DNA of 64,000 bases, from positions 5,332,001 to 5,396,000 of the forward strand of contig OZ281500.1 of the NCBI GenBank assembly GCA_965637545.1, in the 5' to 3' direction. This stretch comes from Phallusia mammillata (Eukaryota). Below, piece by piece: positions 62,112 to 64,000 of the stretch. The stretch's first letter is position 1. Each line of letters opens with the position of its first letter. The position numbers were made by a program, and so were the translations under genes. The notes below the pieces were generated by a model. That model saw nothing but the letters and a program-made list of their open reading frames with translations. It was not told the DNA's origin and searched no databases.

Positions 62112-63960
62112 CAGGGGCGGCTCGTGTTAGGGTGCTGCGGAGCTGCAGCACCCCCTAGATATTTTCACCTGATATTCCTGCCGCAACAATACAGATAACC
62201 TTCATGCTACTTATTTTTTATTCCAAAGTATAATTTTTATAAGTATAATTTCCGCCTTGATCGGCATTTTTTTCATTTAAAAAAAATTATGGCATTAATA
62301 TGTTATCTATGGTGGAACTGCAGCTCCAGTTTGATGACGAATCGTGACGTTTTGCACTTGTGCGCATGCGCACTTGGAAAAGCTACTTGCCGGGCGAAAT
62401 AGGCGACTGGGTGCTGCTCCACCAATCACGCCGCGTGTGAACCGGCCGCTGTAGTTGTGTTGTCTGTTCCGGGTTTATTGTGCTCCAAAGCCAAACCCGT
62501 GTACTGTATTCTAAGTTCGACAGTGAGTACAGTTAAACAATTTTTTTGCCATGTTTTAATTTATTTGTTTGAATTTGAAGGTTAGTCGTTAATTTTTAAG
62601 ATGACTGTAAGTGGGCTTCAGTTTTTGCAGTTATCATTGAATTAGAAAGTGTATCTACCACCTTGGAAAAGAAACAGGTCATCTAACACTTTGAAAAGTC
62701 ACGATTAACCTTTATAATAAAAACCTGAAAAAAAAGTTAAGAAAAATGGGATAAAACATCTTCTATCTCAAAAATGTCATGCAGGAATAGGCAACCACAA
62801 GAACTACTCACACTGTGAAGTTAAATGCTTCACTGAAATTCAGGCAATATTAAATGCAGAACAAACAATTGCACAAGCAACAGGAATTTTGAAATACCTT
62901 AGTAATGACAACACAAGCAACAGGAATTTTACCTTAGTGATGACAATTTCAAGTTTTGGTTTCTTAACACACCATGTGGACAGTATTTGCAACCAAGTGT
63001 AATCTTGTGTATTGATATAATGGACATATGTTATGTTTCTTTAAACAGTAGCTGCTAAATTGCTTTGCAGGAAATGTTTCTTATGAATGCATTCTACAGG
63101 GGAGATAGTAGTGGCCACCAAACATATCCTGTTGTTAGAAAAGTTACTGAAGCTCTTAAAGGAAAAGCCAGTTAGCCAGCAATTTCCATCTCTCAAAGGC
63201 AAAACGGTTCTTGAAAAGGATGTCAACACTGAAAAGGATGCAAACTTTTCTAAGGAACACCATTATTTCCAAAAAGACTTGCACTTGCAGTGATAGCACT
63301 AAATAGAAAAAAAAGTTTCTTGGTTGTCATTTGGAAATCAAGGAAGAAGCTATCAATTATTTTGCTTAAACTATAGCTTTATGATTCATTTTGGTTGTAA
63401 AATAGAAGCACAAGGTTTAATAATATGTTTTAAATTTAAGTGAGAGTGTTGTAATTTTCAAAGCTTGCAGAGTTTTGTACTTCAAAATGGAATTATAAGC
63501 TATTTGCCACCAAATAAAGCAGCAAGTTTAGCAGTTAGGAAACTTACAAACAAATAATAGTTGTACACAAAAATTAAGAAAAGATGTTGAATAAACAAGT
63601 GCTGAAACAAATGTAATGTGGTTGTTGAATTTGTCAGTTATGATACAAATAAAAAGCTTCATGGCTATTTTTTTGTGTGGCAATTATAATCTGTGACGTG
63701 TAATGGAATATGTTGAAAATGCTGACTGTGGCTATAAGGTGATACCGTCTGCTGTTTACACCCGTGTACATTATTGCGTAACAACCATTACGTCACAATG
63801 GAGTTGCTAATTAGGATTTGTATTACTTGTTTTTCTACACAAAACAATGACTAGAAAACTAGAAATGTGGCTTTTCTATATATTGCCAACTTATATTTGT
63901 CCAATAAAGCCTAAAAATTGGAGCAGCACCCCCAGAAATTTTAGGCACGAGCCGCCACTG
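62112..63960 (+). mobile_element. hAT element (1849 bp) with decayed transposase, inserted in intron 2 of gene I
   Basis: TIRs CAGGGGCGGCTCGTG / CACGAGCCGCCACTG; TSD GTGGAAAA/GTAGAAAA. 63130-63370 resembles a degenerate hAT dimerisation domain (KLLKLL...FPSLKGKT..L, RLALAVI, INYFA). Confidence 0.85.
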
Positions 63961-64000
63961 GTAGAAAAGAATGTGTTTTCACAATTATCTTGTCGCTATC

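Overview
AT-rich eukaryotic (invertebrate) genomic DNA with short spliceosomal introns. The style is tunicate-like, but the species cannot be fixed from sequence alone. The window is a tandem immune-type gene cluster. It holds nine copies of a 6-exon secreted fibrinogen-related-domain (FReD; ficolin/FIBCD1/MFAP4/tachylectin-5-like) lectin gene, all on +. C, D and F are clearly intact; A is probably intact; H has a 1-nt frameshift; I is incomplete in the window; B, E and G are pseudogenes. Interleaved are three single-exon genes for a 4-TM LRRC8/pannexin-type channel domain that lacks the LRR domain (two intact, one decayed). The cluster grew by segmental duplication of FReD+channel units, with recent near-identical exchange that makes exon 6 mosaic, and lectin variation is concentrated in the ligand-binding loops. 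TE load is heavy: a gag-only LTR element, a 5'-truncated CR1/L2-like LINE, many hAT MITEs, a 9-bp-TSD MITE and a Helentron-like element with a 157-bp tandem array. The best candidate for an undescribed system is the co-duplicated 'fibrinogen lectin + LRR-less LRRC8-like channel' cassette. All alignments and counts were done by eye; no searches were run.
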